60,566 bases of DNA from an uncultured Sphaerobacteraceae bacterium. GTDB taxonomy: Bacteria > Chloroflexota > Chloroflexia > Thermomicrobiales > UBA6265. Below are positions 7,904 through 16,774 of this stretch, one piece after another. Position 1 is the stretch's first letter; the number at the start of each line of letters is the position of its first letter. The notes below the pieces were generated by a model. That model saw only the letters and a program-made list of their open reading frames with translations. It was not told the origin of the DNA and made no database searches. Where the stretch lies: positions 1,622-62,187 of the forward strand of contig CAZUPA010000004.1 of the NCBI GenBank assembly GCA_964622205.1. Direction: 5' to 3'. A program made the position numbers and the translations under genes.

Positions 7904-9346
7904 ATGGATCGACAGCAATTGCCGGTACTGGTGATTGGAGCGGGACCGGTCGGACTGGCCGGCGCCGCCCACCTCGTGTCGCGCGGAATCGAGCCGCTCG
8001 TGCTCGAACGTGGCGACTCGGTAGGCGCCAGCGTGCGCGAATGGGGACATGTCCGCTTCTTCTCTCCGTGGAAGTACTCGATCGACGATGCGGCCCGGTC
8101 GCTGCTGGCTCCCACCGGCTGGATCGAACCCGAGCCGGAGGCGTTTCCGACCGGAGACGACCTCGTCAACCGCTACCTGCGACCCCTGGCCGAGGTGCCC
8201 GAATTAAAGCCGTGCATCCGGTATGGCGCCGAAGTGGTGGCGGTCACCCGCATTGGATTCGACAAAATGAAGTCTCCCGGGCGGGACGACGCTCCCTTCC
8301 TGGTGGTGACGCGAACCGGTGGCGACGAGCAGGTGATCTGGGCACGGGCCGTGATCGACGCCTCTGGAACGTGGACGCGGCCGAACCCCCTCGGTGCATC
8401 GGGCTTGCCGGCAATCGGCGAGCGTGCCGCGCGCGATCGCATCGCCTACGGCATTCCGGACGTGCTGGATGCTTCCCGGGAGCGATATGCCGGGAAGCGC
8501 GTCCTCGTGGTCGGCGGCGGCCACTCTGCCTTCAATGTATTGTTGGACCTGATCGACCTCGCCGCTGCCGAACCGGAGACGACCATCGCCTGGGGGATCC
8601 GCAAGCCGCTGGAGCGCATGGCCAACCTCTTCGGCGGCGGCATCAACGATGCCCTCCCTGCCCGGGGAGAACTCGGCGCCCGGGTTCGGGAGCAGGTCGC
8701 GCGGGGCCGGCTGGAACTGGTGACCGGGTTGCGAATCGCCCGGATCGAACGAGGGATCGGTGGGTTACTGGTGCTCGGCCAGGACGAAAGCCAGGTGCTT
8801 GGGCCGTTCGACGAGATCGTTGGCGCGACTGGCTTCCGGCCAGACCTGGACGTGGTCTCCGAACTGCGGCTGGCGCTCGATCCCGCCGTGGAAAGCCCTG
8901 TCACCCTCGCCCCGCTGATCGATCCCAACGTGCACAGCTGTGGATCGGTGCCGCCCCACGGCGCGGAGGAACTCCGGCATCCGGAAACCGATTTCTACAT
9001 CGTCGGTATGAAAAGCTACGGGCGGGCGCCGACCTTCCTGATGCTGACCGGGTATGAGCAGGTGCGGTCGGTGGCCGCCGCCATCGCGGGCGATTGGGAT
9101 GCGGCCCGCGATGTGCGCCTGGTCCTGCCCGAGACAGGCGTCTGCTCATCCTCGAGTGTGCTCGGCGAGCGTGGCGTCTCCTGCTGCGGAACCGAAGTGT
9201 CGGCGGATGTGAGTGAAGGCGCGAGTTGCTGTGGTGGCTCCGAACCGGCGGCTGTCGTTGCCGGTGGCACGTTCTCATGTTGTGCGGAATCCGCCCCTCA
9301 GGTGATCCAGCTTGCGGCGATTGGCAAGGGCGGAGCTTGCTGCTGA
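7904..9346 (+). CDS. FAD/NAD(P)-binding oxidoreductase (ArsO/flavin-monooxygenase-like) with a Cys-rich C-terminal tail
   Basis: Two Rossmann motifs are present: VIGAGPVG and VVGGGHSA. The position between arsR and acr3 matches the ars-linked flavoproteins described in actinomycetes. The last ~68 aa carry nine Cys, including four CC pairs. Confidence 0.7.
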   Translation: MDRQQLPVLVIGAGPVGLAGAAHLVSRGIEPLVLERGDSVGASVREWGHVRFFSPWKYSIDDAARSLLAPTGWIEPEPEAFPTGDDLVNRYLRPLAEVPELKPCIRYGAEVVAVTRIGFDKMKSPGRDDAPFLVVTRTGGDEQVIWARAVIDASGTWTRPNPLGASGLPAIGERAARDRIAYGIPDVLDASRERYAGKRVLVVGGGHSAFNVLLDLIDLAAAEPETTIAWGIRKPLERMANLFGGGINDALPARGELGARVREQVARGRLELVTGLRIARIERGIGGLLVLGQDESQVLGPFDEIVGATGFRPDLDVVSELRLALDPAVESPVTLAPLIDPNVHSCGSVPPHGAEELRHPETDFYIVGMKSYGRAPTFLMLTGYEQVRSVAAAIAGDWDAARDVRLVLPETGVCSSSSVLGERGVSCCGTEVSADVSEGASCCGGSEPAAVVAGGTFSCCAESAPQVIQLAAIGKGGACC

Positions 9347-10452
9347 TGGAAACCTCATTGACGTCGGGCGCTCAGCGATCTGCATCGCAGGGGCGCCCGG
9401 ATCGGCTGGGCACGATCGACCGCTTCCTGCCGCTCTGGATCGTGCTTGCGATGGTGGCCGGAATCGGCCTCGGACGCGTCTTTCCGGACCTTGGCGAAGC
9501 GCTCGACCGGGTCAAGGTCGCCGGGGTTTCGCTGCCAATCGCCATCGGCCTGCTCTGGATGATGTATCCCGTACTGGCGAAGGTCCGCTACGAATCGCTT
9601 GGCCGGTTCCAATCACAGGGCCGGTTGCTGGGCCTCTCGATGGTACTGAACTGGCTCGTGGGACCGCTGCTGATGTTCGGGCTGGCCTGGGCCTTCCTGC
9701 CCGACGAACCGGCCTATCGCAATGGTCTCATTCTGATCGGGTTGGCTCGCTGCATCGCCATGGTGCTGATCTGGAACCAGCTCGCCTGTGGCGATGGCGA
9801 GGTGGCGGCCGTGCTGGTGGCCATCAACTCCGTGTTCCAGATCGTGATGTACTCGGTGCTGGGCTGGTTGTTCCTCACCGAGATACCCCAGTGGTTCGGC
9901 TCCTCCGGCACGGTGGTCGATATCTCGATGGGCGAGATCGCGAAAAACGTCGCCATCTTCCTCGGCATACCGCTCCTCGCGGGGTTCCTGACCCGCCTTA
10001 TCCTGGTGCGGAAGCGCGGCGAACAGTGGTACGAGCGGACGTTCCTGCCGCGAATCGGTCCCACCGCCCTGCTTGGCCTCCTCTATACCATCGTCATCAT
10101 GTTCGCCATGCAGGGCGATCGCCTGCTGGACCAGCCGTGGGACATCCTGCGCATCGCCCTCCCCATGGTCATCTACTTCGGCGTCATGTTCTTCGTTGCC
10201 TTCATGGCGGCCCGGAAGATGGGCTTTCGGTACGAAGAGACGGCCGCCATCTCGTTCACCGCCGCCGGCAACAACTTCGAGCTGGCAATCGCGGTCGCGA
10301 TTGGTGTGTTCGGCATCAGCTCCGGCGAAGCGCTCGCCGGGGTGGTTGGCCCGCTGATCGAGGTGCCCGTCCTGGTGGCATTGGTGTACGTATCGCTCTG
10401 GTTGCGGGAGCGGCTGTTCCCGCGCGAAGCAACTGAAGGGAGGCTGGCATGA
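9346..10452 (+). CDS. acr3: ACR3 family arsenite/antimonite efflux permease
   Basis: ACR3 blocks are present: DRFLP.WI, LLWMMYP.LAKVRYE, the ARCIAMV conserved Cys motif, and about 10 TM segments. The ATG overlaps the upstream stop (TGATG). Confidence 0.9.
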   Translation: METSLTSGAQRSASQGRPDRLGTIDRFLPLWIVLAMVAGIGLGRVFPDLGEALDRVKVAGVSLPIAIGLLWMMYPVLAKVRYESLGRFQSQGRLLGLSMVLNWLVGPLLMFGLAWAFLPDEPAYRNGLILIGLARCIAMVLIWNQLACGDGEVAAVLVAINSVFQIVMYSVLGWLFLTEIPQWFGSSGTVVDISMGEIAKNVAIFLGIPLLAGFLTRLILVRKRGEQWYERTFLPRIGPTALLGLLYTIVIMFAMQGDRLLDQPWDILRIALPMVIYFGVMFFVAFMAARKMGFRYEETAAISFTAAGNNFELAIAVAIGVFGISSGEALAGVVGPLIEVPVLVALVYVSLWLRERLFPREATEGRLA

Positions 10453-10694
10453 ATCGAGATGTGGGAACACTCGCGCGCGAAGACATTGCGGCGCGCGTCA
10501 TGCGGATGGTGACCGAACTGTGTGCCGACGAAACGTGTCCGATCCAGCCTGTATTGGAGCAGTGCGTCGATGATGCAATTTCATCGTACTGGCCGAACAC
10601 TGTCGAGACATACACACCCCTGCTGGCCTTCCGGGATGTGCGGGAGTGCATTCGCCAGGGTTCCTGCCCTCCACAAACGACGATGCCCTCATGA
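10449..10694 (+). CDS. Small five-Cys protein, hypothetical (possibly related to the helical N-terminal domains seen next to LMW-PTP arsenate reductases)
   Basis: 81 aa. It has ATGA overlaps with both neighbours. The motifs ELCADETCP, EQC, RECIRQGSCP are visible. The family assignment is from memory only and is not verified. Confidence 0.5.
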   Translation: MNRDVGTLAREDIAARVMRMVTELCADETCPIQPVLEQCVDDAISSYWPNTVETYTPLLAFRDVRECIRQGSCPPQTTMPS

Positions 10695-11425
10695 CGAGGA
10701 TCGCACTCCTGAGCGACATGCACGGCAACAGCGCGGCCACCGAGGCTGTCCTGGCCGATATCGACGTGCAGGAACCCGACGAGGTGATCTGCCTGGGTGA
10801 TCTGGTTGGCTACGGTGCCCGGCCGAACGAGTCGATCGACCTGGTCCGCGAGCGGTCGATTCCCACCATCATGGGCAACTACGACGACGGCGTCGGCTTC
10901 GACCGTGACGATTGCGGATGCGCCTACCGGGACGACGGCGAGCGCCAGCGCGGGCAGCAGTCGCTGATGTGGACCCGCTCGGTGGTGACGGATGACCGCA
11001 AGGCCTACCTCCGGTCCTTCACGCCCGAACTTCGCCGGGAAGTCCACGGCGTGCGCATCCGGCTGGTCCACGGGAGCCCGCGCCGGATGAACGAGTACCT
11101 TTTCGCCGACCGCGACGCCGCATCTTTGGCCAGAATCGCCCGGAGCGCCGATTGCGACGTGCTGGTATTCGGCCACACCCATGTGCCGTGGACGCGCGAC
11201 ATCGAAGGGATTCGATTCATCAATACCGGCAGCGTGGGCAAGCCGAAGGACGGCGATCCGCGTTCCTCCTGGGTCATGCTCACGATATCGCCGGATGGAA
11301 CGGTCGGCAGCGACCTGCACCGGGTCGACTACGACATCGCCGCGATGACCGCCGCTATCCGCGAGGCGAGTGGCCTGCCCGATCGTTTCGCAATCGACAT
11401 CGAAACCGGGGGACGCCACGGATGA
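10691..11425 (+). CDS. Metallophosphoesterase, YfcE/MJ0936 type
   Basis: Metal-ligand blocks: LSDMHGN, CLGDLVGYG, GNYD, LVHGSP, FGHTH, NTGSVG. It carries an unusual insert, FDRDDCGCAY. It has ATGA overlaps on both sides. Confidence 0.8.
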   Translation: MTRIALLSDMHGNSAATEAVLADIDVQEPDEVICLGDLVGYGARPNESIDLVRERSIPTIMGNYDDGVGFDRDDCGCAYRDDGERQRGQQSLMWTRSVVTDDRKAYLRSFTPELRREVHGVRIRLVHGSPRRMNEYLFADRDAASLARIARSADCDVLVFGHTHVPWTRDIEGIRFINTGSVGKPKDGDPRSSWVMLTISPDGTVGSDLHRVDYDIAAMTAAIREASGLPDRFAIDIETGGRHG

Positions 11426-11763
11426 CGACATCGTTCACCGCCAGCGGCAAGCCGAAACGCTCGCTGGAATCGATCCGGGTCGAACGCCAGTACTCCCACG
11501 TCATCCGGCTGTTCCTCGCCGGCGAGTTGCCGAACTTCGATCATCAACGGCACGTGCATGTGGCGAACATCCTGCGCCATATCCCCTGTGGGCGGGAACT
11601 GATGCACCTCGGATTGCAGGTGATGGCGTACCGCGCGTACATTCCATACAAATACAATGTCGATATCACCGATCGCAACTGGGACCAACTGGACGGCACG
11701 CTGCCGGACCCGGCGGCATTCGCCGACCTGCCCGGCGGCGCGAGCGGAGTGACCAACCAATGA
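11422..11763 (+). CDS. Hypothetical protein (113 aa), no recognisable family
   Basis: It is translationally coupled (ATGA) on both sides within the ars-like operon. His-rich segment FDHQRHVHVANILRH. Confidence 0.5.
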   Translation: MTTSFTASGKPKRSLESIRVERQYSHVIRLFLAGELPNFDHQRHVHVANILRHIPCGRELMHLGLQVMAYRAYIPYKYNVDITDRNWDQLDGTLPDPAAFADLPGGASGVTNQ

Positions 11764-11987
11764 CAACGCAGGTCGTTACGGAATCGACGATTACCTGTCC
11801 GCACTGTGGCTTTTCCCGGCTGGAAATCATGCCCACCGAAGCCTGCCAGATTCGCTATTCGTGCCCGGCATGTGCCGAAGTGCTGAAACCACGGGCCGGT
11901 GATTGCTGCGTCTTCTGCTCCTACGGCACGGTCCCGTGCCCACCCATCCAGGTGGATCGGTCCGCCTGCGGCCCTCCGCTCTCGTAA
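11760..11987 (+). CDS. GDCCVxC-motif small metal-binding protein
   Basis: 75 aa. Motifs CPHC...CPAC...GDCCVFC...C. The family is known from heavy-metal resistance neighbourhoods. ATGA overlap with the upstream gene. Confidence 0.7.
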   Translation: MTTQVVTESTITCPHCGFSRLEIMPTEACQIRYSCPACAEVLKPRAGDCCVFCSYGTVPCPPIQVDRSACGPPLS

Positions 11988-12013
11988 CGCGGGAACGCGA
12001 CCTTGAACGGCCC

Positions 12014-13033
12014 TCACCACCCCGCGTTCCGCGCCAGTTCCAGCGCGTATTCCGGATACCACTGCCCGGCTGGCGGCGCTCCCCGGCACTCTCCATCCGA
12101 TTCCCCTGGCCGCTTGATCCACAGGTAGGCGTCCACGAGCGGATCGGTTGTCTCCACCGTCGCCGGTGTCCCCAGTGCTCGCCCCGGCGGGTTGCACCAC
12201 GCCTCGGCGTCGCCCTCTTCCCACGGCCCATTCCCGTTGCGGCTCGTGTCGATCACGAACGGCGTGCCGCCCTCCGCTCCCAGCGCGTCCGAAATCCCCT
12301 GCCCGTATTCGATGGTCACATCGGTTGTGTGGAAGTTGGAGACGTTCAACGAAAACCCGGTCGCTTGCTCGATGCCCGCCAGCTCCAGTCGCCGTGCCGT
12401 CTTCACCGCCGGATGCCACGTCGCGTTCCCCGCGTCCACGTACACATCCACCAGCGGTTTCGCCTCCAGTGTCTCCACCGCGAAGCCGAGCAGCGCGTAC
12501 CGCTCCGCCTCCTGCTCCGCGCTCAGGCAATCTGTCGCCGCCACCGCGTCCGGCTCCAGGATGACCACCGCTGGCTGCTCGCCGATCCCTTCCGCCGCCT
12601 CGCTGATCCACGTCCGGTACGTCTCCGGGTCGTTCGCACCACCGGCCGAATACAGCCCGCAATCCCGGTACGGAATCGTGTAGAACACCAGCACCGGCAA
12701 CGCTCCGGCATCCACGATTTGCGTCACCCGTTCGCCGATTTCTCCGCGCGGATCGGCCGTCCAGTCGCCGAACCAGTCCGCCTGCGGCTGCTCGCCGAGG
12801 CGCTCCATCAGCGCGGCATCCTCCGGCCGGGAATCGGCCCATTCCTCCGCCTGCTTCGCCCCCGGCGACTCAGGGTCCACGAAGAACGTCACGTCCGCCG
12901 CCGCCAGGTTGCGCTCACCGGTCGTCGCCACCGGTGTCGCCTGCGCCACCCCCGTAACGACATTCGCGAAAAGCCCACCGATCACCACCGCGATCGCCAG
13001 CATGATCCGCGCGTCGTGCCATTTGCACTGCAT
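12014..13033 (-). CDS. Glycoside hydrolase family 6 (cellulase/cellobiohydrolase-like), secreted
   Basis: Signal peptide is present. GH6 blocks: YxIPxRDC (YTIPYRDCG), ILEPDA, NVSNF, IDTSRNG, WIKxPGESDG. GGAGGTG lies 5 nt before the ATG. Confidence 0.85.
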   Translation of the reverse strand: MQCKWHDARIMLAIAVVIGGLFANVVTGVAQATPVATTGERNLAAADVTFFVDPESPGAKQAEEWADSRPEDAALMERLGEQPQADWFGDWTADPRGEIGERVTQIVDAGALPVLVFYTIPYRDCGLYSAGGANDPETYRTWISEAAEGIGEQPAVVILEPDAVAATDCLSAEQEAERYALLGFAVETLEAKPLVDVYVDAGNATWHPAVKTARRLELAGIEQATGFSLNVSNFHTTDVTIEYGQGISDALGAEGGTPFVIDTSRNGNGPWEEGDAEAWCNPPGRALGTPATVETTDPLVDAYLWIKRPGESDGECRGAPPAGQWYPEYALELARNAGW

Positions 13034-13281
13034 CCGGTCACCTCCAAACGTAGTTCACTTCCGTCTCACTCTATCACCATGGACGACATCGCCTGATGGA
13101 TGACTGCGCCTGGAACCTATGGATTCGTGCCGCGAAGCACCGCGTCGCAGCCGTCGATCATTCGCCCGAACGCAGCGAGTGTGCGCTCGTCTGCCCCGGA
13201 ACTGTCGCGAAGTCGCCCGACCAGGCGATGGATGTAGTCGACAAGGGAAGCGTTCATGTCGACAAGGTCTGCGTATGGCGT

Positions 13282-13929
13282 TTAATCCAGTTCCTTGATG
13301 GTGGTGGATGGGATGTCAACATCGCTGAACGGTACGCCTGAAAAGTCGACACCTTTGCCCTGACGGAATGCTTCGGCCGTGATGACTGCCTGGCTGAGTT
13401 GGGCGACGTATTTCAGCGCGTTGAGGGTTTGCTCGCGATGGTGGCATTTGGCCAGCATGCCCAGGTCGATGAGGTGCCAGAGCACGAAGTTTTCAATCGT
13501 TCCGAGCGCTGGACGTGGCCAGTCTGGTGTCGATATTGCCGTGGCGGGATGTGCCGGTGCAGATTGGGTCCACTCCACCTTACCTGTCCACCCGAGGTCT
13601 TCCGGCTGGCCATCGTTGTACGGATCGAGCCCAAGGTCGACTTTCACCCAGGGGTGCGTGGCATCCGGGAGTGCCATCAGCCAGTAGTGGTTTGGGTCAT
13701 CGGAGAATGTCCATTCGATCTCCGGCGCGATCACCTCGCCCACAACCGACAGGAACGTCGGAAGCGCCGTCGTGCAGTCGTCCACCAGCAGTTGGAGATC
13801 CAGGTCGGAAAACTCGTCGGGTATTCCATTTCGGTTTGAACCGAAGGTGACGAGTCGCCGCGCGCCAGGCACCTCTTTCAGGGCCGCGCTCAGCCGCGTG
13901 TGCAGTAGCGTGAGATCGGGAGACATCAT
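13282..13929 (-). CDS. Nucleotidyltransferase-domain protein (antibiotic NTase-like)
   Basis: Pol-beta-type NTase motif: GS.RNG..DEFSDLDL. The C-terminal domain is helical. It sits in a lower-GC patch. Confidence 0.6.
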   Translation of the reverse strand: MMSPDLTLLHTRLSAALKEVPGARRLVTFGSNRNGIPDEFSDLDLQLLVDDCTTALPTFLSVVGEVIAPEIEWTFSDDPNHYWLMALPDATHPWVKVDLGLDPYNDGQPEDLGWTGKVEWTQSAPAHPATAISTPDWPRPALGTIENFVLWHLIDLGMLAKCHHREQTLNALKYVAQLSQAVITAEAFRQGKGVDFSGVPFSDVDIPSTTIKELD

Positions 13930-13998
13930 GGCACTCCGTGGTTGGTCGCGGTCGCTTCAGAGGTGACCAATGGTGCCACGGCAAGTAAACCCCGCCCA

Positions 13999-14655
13999 TC
14001 AGTCGCCTGGTGCCAGCAACAACCGCGCCCACGTTTCGGCGAGCCACGCCTCGAATTGCTCGCGTCGCCAGCCCCGCTCGATCACCAGCAGCGTGTAGAA
14101 CTCCGGGCCATTGGTGCTCCAGATCACATCCGCCGCCTGCTCAGGCGGCAGGTCATGCCGAAGCGGAGCAGCCCGGGCCAGGTCCGCCACCAGGAGGCGC
14201 ATGTTGGTGGACCGCCGCTCCGCGATCCCCATCCAGAGTGCCGCAAGCGCCGGTTCGGACGCCGCCGCCTCCTGAATCACCCGGTGGATCGGCTGCAGGC
14301 GCTCCTGGATATCGCAGGTTGCCGCCGCGTAGAGGGCGAGCTTGCGCCGGGCATCGGGCTCGGCCCGCATATCGCGAACGTAGTCTCGCTCCAGCGCCGG
14401 CACTTCCCCATCCTCACCGGATATGGCCGATTCCAGCAGCAGGCGGACCAGTTCGGGTTTCCGGCCCACCGCCTCGTAAATCGTGTCGATGTGGACTCCT
14501 GCCCGCCCGGCGATCGTCGCCATCGAACTCTTCGCATAGCCGCGTTCGAGGAACAACTCGCGCGCCGCCTTCAGGATGGCGCGCCTGGTTTCATGGGCCG
14601 CTTCCTGCCGCGTGGACGCATCGTACCGGCGGGGTGGATTGCGTTTCTCCGTCAT
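13999..14655 (-). CDS. TetR family transcriptional regulator
   Basis: N-terminal HTH: TRRAILKAARELFLERGY..SSMATIA..AGV...IY. Confidence 0.85.
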   Translation of the reverse strand: MTEKRNPPRRYDASTRQEAAHETRRAILKAARELFLERGYAKSSMATIAGRAGVHIDTIYEAVGRKPELVRLLLESAISGEDGEVPALERDYVRDMRAEPDARRKLALYAAATCDIQERLQPIHRVIQEAAASEPALAALWMGIAERRSTNMRLLVADLARAAPLRHDLPPEQAADVIWSTNGPEFYTLLVIERGWRREQFEAWLAETWARLLLAPGD

Positions 14656-14679
14656 GGGCTATAGCATAGCAATCACTCG

Positions 14680-14698
14680 ATCCGAATATGATTCGGAT
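14680..14698. promoter_or_regulatory. Candidate TetR operator (8-3-8 perfect palindrome)
   Basis: ATCCGAAT-ATG-ATTCGGAT lies in the 65-nt divergent intergenic region between the TetR gene and the SnoaL-like gene. Confidence 0.45.
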
Positions 14699-14720
14699 GA
14701 ATAATGAAAGGCGGTTGTCG

Positions 14721-15164
14721 ATGAGTCTCGCGATCGATTCCAACAAGCTCGCTGTCACCCGTGTGTTCGAGGAAGCATTCAACGCAGGTGATCTCTCCGT
14801 GGTCGATGAACTCATCCTGAAAGCCGGGCTCGACCACCAGCATCCTGGCGAGCCGGACTTCACCGATCATCTCAAGTCCGTCATCACCGCGATGCGCCGC
14901 GCCTTCCCCGACCTGCATTTCGAAATCACCCGGATGATCGGTGAAGGTGACTGGGTCGCCCTGCACAGCATCATGACCGGAACCCACACCGGTCCGCTCA
15001 CTCCACCGCTTGCCCCGCGTGAAATTCCGGCCACCGGCAAGGCGATCCGGGTACCGCACATGCACATGATCCGGCTCGAAGCCGGGAATGGCGCCGAACT
15101 GCTGCACCTGATGGACACATTCGCCCTGATGAGCCAGCTCGGGCTGCTTCCTCCTCCCCGGTAG
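14721..15164 (+). CDS. SnoaL-like ester cyclase / NTF2-fold protein
   Basis: VFEEAFN.GDL..VDEL......H and the GTHTG...ATGK........R......E pattern are typical of ester cyclases. The start is uncertain (14688, 14697 or 14721). Confidence 0.65.
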   Translation: MSLAIDSNKLAVTRVFEEAFNAGDLSVVDELILKAGLDHQHPGEPDFTDHLKSVITAMRRAFPDLHFEITRMIGEGDWVALHSIMTGTHTGPLTPPLAPREIPATGKAIRVPHMHMIRLEAGNGAELLHLMDTFALMSQLGLLPPPR

Positions 15165-15280
15165 CCCGCGCCGATTCCCTGCCCAATCCTGTCCGCTTGC
15201 CTGCGAAGCCCTTCTGCAGGATGCTGGTGCCAGCATAGCGAAGCGGTATTCATTGCCGTCCAGTCAGGAAAGGGCACGAT

Positions 15281-16726
15281 TTGGCAACGGAAACCACGGC
15301 GGATATCCAGTCCGGCATCAGCGAGTGGCTCGAGGAACGCCAGGGCCGCTTCATCTCCATCGCCGACGCAATCTGGCGGAACCCCGAGCTTGGCCTCGCC
15401 GAATTCAAGGCATGCCGCCTGCAATCGGACGACCTCGCCGCCGATGGCTTCACTATCACCGGCGACATTGGCGGCATGCCGACCGCGCTCGTGGCCGAGT
15501 GGTCGCAGGGTGAAGGCGGCCCGGTGATCGGCTTCCTCGGGGAATACGACGCCCTGCCCGGACTCTCCCAGAAGATCCAGGACACCCAGGAACCGCTCGA
15601 AACCGGCGGAGCCGGGCACGGTTGCGGCCACAACCTGCTGGGAACCGCCGCTCTCGCCTCGGCCAGCGTCCTCAAGTCCTGGCTGGAGCATACGGGCGTC
15701 GCCGCAACGGTTCGCTACTATGGTTGTCCCGCTGAGGAGACGTTCGACGGCAAGGTGTTCATGGCTCGCGCCGGCGCATTCGACGATCTCGATCTCGCCC
15801 TCACCTGGCACCCGGGCTCGTTGAATACCGTCACCGCCACCAGCAGCCTGGCGGTCAACAACATCTCCTATCGCTTCCATGGCCGAACCGCGCACGCCGC
15901 CGCCAACCCCGAAACGGGCCGCTCCGCCCTCGATGCCGTCGAACTGATGAACGTGGGCGTCAACTTCCTCCGCGAGCACATGCCGGAGAAGGCCCGGATT
16001 CATTACGTCATCACCAACGGCGGTGGCGCTCCCAATGTCGTGCCGGACGATTGCGAAGTCTGGTACTTCATCCGCTCTCCGGATCGCCAACAGGTGGAGG
16101 AACTCACCGGGCGAGTGAGCAAGATCGCCCAGGGCGCGGCGCTGATGACCGAAACCACCCTGGAAGAGAAGTTCGGCTCCGGCACGTACAACCTGCTGTA
16201 CAACGATGTCGTCGGCGAGGTGCTATACGACGTCCTCCAGGCGCTTGGTCCCATCGTGTTCACCGGGGAAGAGCACGCCTTCGCCCGCACCGTCGTCGAC
16301 AGCTTCCCCGCCGACCTCCGCGCCAGCCTGCTCGACAAGCGCGGCCTGCCGGAAGACATCCTCGACCAAAGCCTCAACGGCGATGTCTGGCCTATCGTCG
16401 GCAAGGGTGAGGCGGGGGGAGGTTCCACCGACGTCTCCGATGTCTCGTGGATCGCCCCAACCGGCCAGGTCACCACCACCACCTGGGCGCTCGCGATCCC
16501 CGGCCATAGCTGGGCCGTGACCGCCACCGGCGCGATGTCGATCGGCCACAAGGGTATGCTCCACGCCGCCAAAACCCTCGCCACAACCGCCGCCACGTTC
16601 ATCCTCGACCCGGCCCTGCTCCAGCAGGCGAAGGACGAGTTCGCCGCCTCCACCGCCGGGCGTCCCTACACATGTCCGATTCCGGACCACATCCTGCCGC
16701 CGAAACCGGAGGAGATTCCTTCCTGA
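15281..16726 (+). CDS. M20 family amidohydrolase (AbgB-like), paralogue 1
   Basis: Metal-binding block GHGCGHNLLG. It aligns over its full length with the paralogue at 16775. TTG start preceded by GGAAAGGG. Confidence 0.85.
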   Translation: MATETTADIQSGISEWLEERQGRFISIADAIWRNPELGLAEFKACRLQSDDLAADGFTITGDIGGMPTALVAEWSQGEGGPVIGFLGEYDALPGLSQKIQDTQEPLETGGAGHGCGHNLLGTAALASASVLKSWLEHTGVAATVRYYGCPAEETFDGKVFMARAGAFDDLDLALTWHPGSLNTVTATSSLAVNNISYRFHGRTAHAAANPETGRSALDAVELMNVGVNFLREHMPEKARIHYVITNGGGAPNVVPDDCEVWYFIRSPDRQQVEELTGRVSKIAQGAALMTETTLEEKFGSGTYNLLYNDVVGEVLYDVLQALGPIVFTGEEHAFARTVVDSFPADLRASLLDKRGLPEDILDQSLNGDVWPIVGKGEAGGGSTDVSDVSWIAPTGQVTTTTWALAIPGHSWAVTATGAMSIGHKGMLHAAKTLATTAATFILDPALLQQAKDEFAASTAGRPYTCPIPDHILPPKPEEIPS

Positions 16727-16774
16727 CGAATTGACCGCGTCCCGTAGCGGATAGCACCAACGGAGTCTCACCAG

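Noticed and set aside
13096-13341. 81-aa plus-strand ORF and a 46-aa minus-strand ORF (MNASLVDYIHRL...) downstream of the nucleotidyltransferase
   Set aside because: There are no RBSs and no recognisable domain (no HEPN Rx4-6H motif). They may be gene debris in the lower-GC patch, and the support is insufficient to call either.
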